Notes under the pieces: generated by a model
What the model was told of the DNA's origin: nothing
Databases searched by the model: none
What the model saw: the letters and a program-made list of their open reading frames with translations, nothing else
Program-made: the position numbers and the translations under genes
In this document: positions 57,503 to 64,000 of the stretch, one piece after another
How positions within the stretch are numbered: position 1 is the stretch's first letter
Layout: every line of letters starts with the position of its first letter
Source: Eledone cirrhosa
Taxonomy: Eukaryota
Direction: 5' to 3'
Assembly: GCA_964016885.1 (NCBI GenBank)
Contig: CAXHJY010000971.1
Span: forward strand, 1 to 64,000
DNA: 64,000 bases

Positions 57503-57599
57503 AATTTATATATATATATATATATATATAATATGTATTATATAAATTTATATATATATATATATATATATATAATATGTATTATATAAATTTATATAT

Positions 57600-57644
<45 letters not shown>

Positions 57645-57717
57645 TATATAAATTCATATAATATATATTATATGTATATATATATAGATATATATATATA
57701 TATAAATTTATATATAT

Positions 57718-57750
<33 letters not shown>

Positions 57751-57754
57751 AATT

Positions 57755-57785
<31 letters not shown>

Positions 57786-58059
57786 AATTTATATAACATA
57801 TATAGATACACATTTATATAATATATATTATATATATATATACAAATTTATATATATATATATATACAAATTTATATTATATATATTATATATATATATA
57901 TATATAAATTTATATAATATATATTATATATATATATATATAAATTTATATAATATATATTATATTTATATATATATATATTTATATATATATATATATA
58001 AATTTATATAATATATATTACATATATATATATACATATATTTATATAAAATATATTAT

Positions 58060-58103
<44 letters not shown>

Positions 58104-58398
58104 TTATATAATATATATTATATTTATATATATCTATATATAAATTTATATAATATAATTTATATATATATATATGTAAATTTATATAACATATATTATA
58201 TTTATATATATATATATATAAATTTATATAATTTATATATATATATATATATATATATTAATTCATGTAATATATATTATATATATATATTAATTTATAT
58301 AATATATATTATATATATATATAGATATATATATAAATTTATATTATATATATTATATATATATATAAATATATATATAAATTTATATAATATATTTA

Positions 58399-58439
<41 letters not shown>

Positions 58440-58826
58440 ACTTTATATAATATATTATATATATATATAAATTTATATAATATATATTATATATATATAT
58501 ATATAAATTTATATTATATATATTATATATATATATATATATATAAATTTATATATTACATATTATATATATATATATATATACATTTATATAATATATA
58601 TTATATATATATATATATAAATTTATATAATATATATTATATATATATATTTATATAATATATATTATATACATATATATATATATATATAAATTTATAT
58701 AATATATATTATATATATATATATATATATTAATTCATAAAATATATTATACATATATATAGATATATATATAAATTTATATAATATATATTATATATGT
58801 ATATATATATATATAACTTTAAATAA

Positions 58827-58857
<31 letters not shown>

Positions 58858-59079
58858 AATTTATATAATGTATATTATATATATATATATATATAAATTT
58901 ATATAATACATTTTTTATATATATATATATATATTCATTTATATAATATATATTATATATACATATATATAAATTTATATAATATATATTATATATATAT
59001 AGATATATATAAATTTAAATAATATATATTATATATTAGATATATATATATATATATATATAAATTTATATAATATATA

Positions 59080-59123
<44 letters not shown>

Positions 59124-59252
59124 ATTTATATAACATATATTATATATATATATATAATATATATACAAATTTATATAATATATATTACATATATATATAT
59201 ACATATACCAATTTATATATTTATATATATATACATAAATGTATATAATATC

Positions 59253-59311
<59 letters not shown>

Positions 59312-59351
59312 AATTTATATATTATATATATATATATATAAATTTATATAA

Positions 59352-59389
<38 letters not shown>

Positions 59390-59619
59390 TTATATAATAT
59401 ATATTATATATATATATATATATAAATGTATATAATATATATTATATATATATATAGATATATATATAAATTTATATAATATACGTTATATAAATATATC
59501 GATATATATATAAATTAATATAATATATTTATATATACATATTACATATATATACATATATATATATATATAACTTTATATAATATATATTATATATATA
59601 TATATATAAATTTATATAA

Positions 59620-59663
<44 letters not shown>

Positions 59664-59713
59664 CTTTATATAATATATATTATATATATATATATATATA
59701 TGAATTTATATAA

Positions 59714-59744
<31 letters not shown>

Positions 59745-59983
59745 AATTTATATAATATATTATATATATATAAATTTATATAATATATATTATATATATA
59801 TATATACATATAAATTTATATATTATATATATATATATACATATAAATTCATATATTATATATTATATATATATATATATATATAAATTTATATCATATA
59901 TAAATTTATATAATATATTATATATATATATATATATAAATTTATATAATATATTTTATATATATATAATTTATATAACATAT

Positions 59984-60050
<67 letters not shown>

Positions 60051-60102
60051 TAATAAAACAATGGATAAACGAAGAAACAGTTCCTTATATTAAAAAAAAA
60101 AT

Positions 60103-60244
60103 TCATCATTTTACGATCGTTTCTAGGATATATATGTGTTAGAGTTCGTATGCATATTCTTTAGATCTATGTACAATATTTATACAAATTATCAGAGGGA
60201 ATATACATACCTACACATATATATGCTGTCTTCAGAAATAATGA
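60103..60244 (-). ncRNA. Type-I hammerhead ribozyme, family B, diverged copy
   Basis: UCAUUAUUU-CUGAAGA..GAAACGAUCGUA/AAAUGAUGA; stem I retained with one G-U pair. Confidence 0.72.
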
Positions 60245-60606
60245 CGTATCTTATTCGTTTTTTCCGGTTCTTTGCCAGCGAACGTTCCACGAACCAAAGT
60301 ATCGTCTTCCTGTCTTCCTCCGGTTGCAACGTTTTTTGAAATATCCACTTCTGCGTTTACAGATTGACTTTGTTAGTTTCAGAAGATCCGTTAAGGGTGA
60401 AATCAGCGATTATTTGCTTAAATTTTAATCTGTTATTTTAATAAATATTTGCTGTACGGTTCTTATATATTTGATATATATTTATCCTTATCGAGCCCTC
60501 TTTGGATTTTAGTTTTGAAATTTATTATTATTACTATATATATATATATAAATTTATAAATATATATATATATAAAGTTTTATATATATATATATATATA
60601 TAAATT

Positions 60607-60749
<143 letters not shown>

Positions 60750-61031
60750 ATTAGAATACTGGAGCGTGTTTGAGTCAAACACCCTCTTCGTATTATAGAA
60801 ATGACAGTAAAAGTTATAGCTCAATGCATATATATATATATAAATTTATATATATATATATATATAAAATTTCAGGTTATCAATAATGTAGTGATAATAT
60901 ACCGTTACGTTAGAGATGAACAGCATACGTGCAGGTTTGCTCAACGAGTATAAATTATATTCCGGAGAAATGTAGAAAGGATGAATATAAAATGAAAGTG
61001 CTTTTGTTAAAAAAGGAATTTATTAGGTATT

Positions 61032-61140
61032 GACATATGTTTCTGTAACAGACCGAATACCTATGTATCGCTGCTTGCGTAATCATATAATGTTAGCAAG
61101 TATTCGATAGCAAATGTATAATCAGTTGTCACTTCTTCAG
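61032..61140 (-). ncRNA. Hammerhead-like motif, family D, downstream of a Penelope fragment
   Basis: CUGAAGA, long imperfect stem II, GAAACAUAUGUC with palindromic stem III and GUC triplet; stem I not evident. Confidence 0.55.
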
Positions 61141-61629
61141 AGATTTTGGATAAACTGGATAAAATCAGAAAAATTGAAGTATTTATATTAGTAAAAGAGG
61201 AAGGAACTGAGGGGATAGTATATGACAGATGGTAAAATAATTTACTGTTAAACAAGTATATAATGGGTTTTTAATGAGAATACCATGAGTAAATCTAAAT
61301 AAGAATTTTGGGAGTGCCAATTTTAATCTCTACTTGACCAACTGGACAGTGGACAGGGCTGGTCATTTGTTGCAGTAGTATTAATTATAAAGTGTCAATT
61401 GGGGAAGGGGGAGATTTCGATTGCTACTAAATAACATCAATGCTAGTAGCCAGCTGGTATATGCATTAGGGAATTGAATCAAGAAATCAGAAATCTCATT
61501 TTATCTATAGCAGTTTGTATTAAAAGGTAAATAATAGAAGAGTTGATAGAATTAAGACTAATAAAGAATGTTCATATCTATTTTGACAATCAAACGGGGA
61601 TAGAGACAGGCGTTCAATCCTGGTAGTAT

Positions 61630-62769
61630 TTATAATATGAAAATGTAGATTTTAAGCGATGGTTACAGTATAACGATCGCTCTATTCTGTTATTTAATAA
61701 AATGTTTTTGGATTTCATAATACAAAATAATTCTACATTACATAATTTACAAAATTCCTGTCCATTGGAATATGGGGGGGGGGGGGGGGGGGGGCAGCCG
61801 CTATTATATCCCATTTTAGGTGAAATTGTTGGTTATTTTCACGCAGCTGCCAAGACTTGTCTGCGAGTGTTCTTACATAACGCTGGTTTTCATGTTTTAT
61901 CGAGTAACGATGTCTATAAAGGCGTGATTTGAAGGAGGTGGCTGTAGATCCCACATAGTACCACTTCTGTCTATCCGATTCGATAGTACATTTGTATACG
62001 ATGTTGCGTTCAAGACACTGATTGTTCAACGGACACATTCCTGGTTGGACACAGTTGCAATTATAATTTTGCGTTGTTGTATTGCCATGGATGGGTTGAT
62101 GAGGTTGCTTATGTAGGAAAGGATGTTGTTTGTTGTTTTGTGATGTTATAGCTAATGTTTTACGTGTATTGTTATGTGTTGGAAGGCGTTTATACAACCG
62201 TTTTGCGTTAAGCTTTTTTATATGTTGTTCAATATTAGGGGCGGTTGAATATGAAAGTCGAATAGTGTTAGGGTTTAAGATTTTATTATATTTATGTGAT
62301 GTTGGAAAGTGTTTTCTAACTAATCGAAAGAATTTTGAGGGTAGATTGGTTTTAATAGAGTTGTTATAGACCGGGTTGTACCAGATATACTCCTTACATC
62401 GCCTTCTGTTTGGTGGTGTACGGCTATTATTGTGTCTATTGCGGTAGTGTATGTATGGTGGTGATTCTGTGCTATTTCTACTCCTATGTGATTTATTTTG
62501 GGTGTTTTGATGATCTTTGACTATATACTCTATATTATCTAGGTGACCGGCTTTCCTAAGTGCATCATCATAATACTCGGCATGTTCTTTGAAGGTTTGT
62601 TGGTTGGACGATAGGCGGGAGATCCTAAGAGAAACATTTCTAGGGATGGATTTAATTATAGAGAGTGGATGGTTAGAACTCGTATTTACATATTTAAGGT
62701 TCTCATTTAGTTTAGAAATGTTTATTTTGTTAGAGATGCCTACTGACTGTAGTAGGTTTTACTTTGTAT
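61630..62769 (-). pseudogene. Penelope-like element C-terminal fragment (thumb/linker + GIY-YIG), degenerate
   Basis: IWYNPVY upstream; CNC..CPL..CL, IVYKC..YYVGSTATSFKSRLYRH; frameshift at a poly-G tract. Confidence 0.82.
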
Positions 62770-64000
62770 TTAGGTAAGGCGGGTCTTCTCTATTACTGAG
62801 TACCGCCAAAGATCTCGGTCCAGTGACATTGTCTTGGAGAGGTGTAAGTGTGTGAGATCGGAATTTATCAGGTCGTCTCTGGTTTTTCTGGGTCTGCCTA
62901 CTCCGTGGCTACCGTCTATCTTTATTGCCCTCCACTTTTTTATACAGCTGTCGTCTTTCATGCGCATCACGTGACCACACCTACGTAGTCTTCTCTCGAG
63001 TAAACAACATCTGATCCCTCTTATTTCTAATTTTACCCTTAGTTCGTTTATGCTTTCCCGTTCACCTATATTACTATTACACATCCGGCGGAGCATGCAA
63101 GCTTCGTTCCTCTCTAGTCTGCGTATATCCTCTGCACACAATGCCCAGGTCTCACTGCCATCCAACATTGCTGTTCGTATGCAGGTATCATACAACCTGC
63201 CTTTCATTTTTAGGGAGAACCCTTTAGCGACTAATAGTGGTATAAGTTCTCTGAACTTTTTCCATCCAGTTCTGACTCTAGCTACTGTACTTTCAGAGCA
63301 CCCTCCCGCACTGCTGATTTTGTTACCCAGGTAACGGAAGCTGTCCACTATTTCTATAAAACCCTCTGCGCAATTGAAAGAGCTAGTATTTTGTGGGCAC
63401 TTGCCGCTACTTATTGCACCAGAGCACCGGCCACATGTAAAATCTATGTTCTTAGTTAGCTTACCTGTGATCCCACTACATCTTTTATGCACCCATACTT
63501 TGCATTTGGGACATAACATGGAGTTTCTACCTACGCCTTTCCTACACACTGAGCATGTCCATTTTCCGGAAGGGACCGGCGCCTTATTTTCTTTCCTACA
63601 AACTAGAACTTTAGTCTTAGCCAGGTTAATTTTAAGGCCTTTTGATTCTAGGCCGTGCTTCCATGTTTGTAATTTCTTCTCTATCTCGGCCATTGATTCA
63701 GCTATTAGCTTTAGATCATCTGCGTATAGGAGTTCCGATGGGCAGCCGGTCTTGAACTCCACTGTTATAGCCTGAAGGGCAATAATAAATAGTAGGGGGC
63801 TAACGACAGAGCCCTGATGAACACCAACTTTTACGCTAAACTCTTCACTATATTCGTTGTTAATTCTAACCTTGCTGACTGTTTCTTTATACATGGCTTG
63901 TATAGCTCTCACAAGCCATTTGTCAACACCTAGTTTTCTAAGAGACCACCAGATAATGGAACGGGGGACTCTGTCGAAGGCTTTCTCCAAGTCGACAAAA
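62770..64000 (-). CDS. RTE-clade LINE RT 3' half with an internal PHD-like zinc finger; runs off the window
   Basis: VDLEKAFDRV, GVHQGSVVSP, YADD, CSVC..CPKC..H..C..CGRC, FRYLG, GRPRKT. Confidence 0.88.
   Translation of the reverse strand, partial: FVDLEKAFDRVPRSIIWWSLRKLGVDKWLVRAIQAMYKETVSKVRINNEYSEEFSVKVGVHQGSVVSPLLFIIALQAITVEFKTGCPSELLYADDLKLIAESMAEIEKKLQTWKHGLESKGLKINLAKTKVLVCRKENKAPVPSGKWTCSVCRKGVGRNSMLCPKCKVWVHKRCSGITGKLTKNIDFTCGRCSGAISSGKCPQNTSSFNCAEGFIEIVDSFRYLGNKISSAGGCSESTVARVRTGWKKFRELIPLLVAKGFSLKMKGRLYDTCIRTAMLDGSETWALCAEDIRRLERNEACMLRRMCNSNIGERESINELRVKLEIRGIRCCLLERRLRRCGHVMRMKDDSCIKKWRAIKIDGSHGVGRPRKTRDDLINSDLTHLHLSKTMSLDRDLWRYSVIEKTRLT

Noticed and set aside
60385-60425. CAGAAGA..GAAA motif, related to 27330-27365 minus
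   Set aside because: Core is mutated and has no stem I; at most a decayed remnant

Overview
AT-rich, repeat-dominated animal genomic DNA with no recognisable host protein-coding exon. The SINE/LINE types and microsatellite load suggest a mollusc, possibly a cephalopod, but that is inference only. Most ORFs in the track are Ile/Tyr/Met/Cys artefacts of (TA)n/(TATG)n microsatellites. Real content: (1) three tandem copies of an RTE-clade LINE with three C-terminal C2H2 fingers (one intact, two broken), plus two other RTE-like LINE fragments; (2) tRNA-derived SINEs; (3) Penelope-like GIY-YIG fragments and at least 16 clear minimal type-I hammerhead ribozyme motifs in three families, plus degenerate ones, often in fold-back palindromes; (4) an apparently intact ~3.95 kb parvovirus-like genome (35.3-39.2 kb, minus strand). 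In this genome the PLA2 capsid gene comes BEFORE the NS1/Rep gene on the same strand. Canonical splice sites suggest the whole capsid ORF sits inside an intron of NS1: an 18-codon leader exon joins NS1 in frame. One end is folded back through a hairpin into a ~708-bp inverted copy, and the element is inserted in a compound microsatellite whose empty site is visible nearby. All calls were made by eye; no database searches were run.
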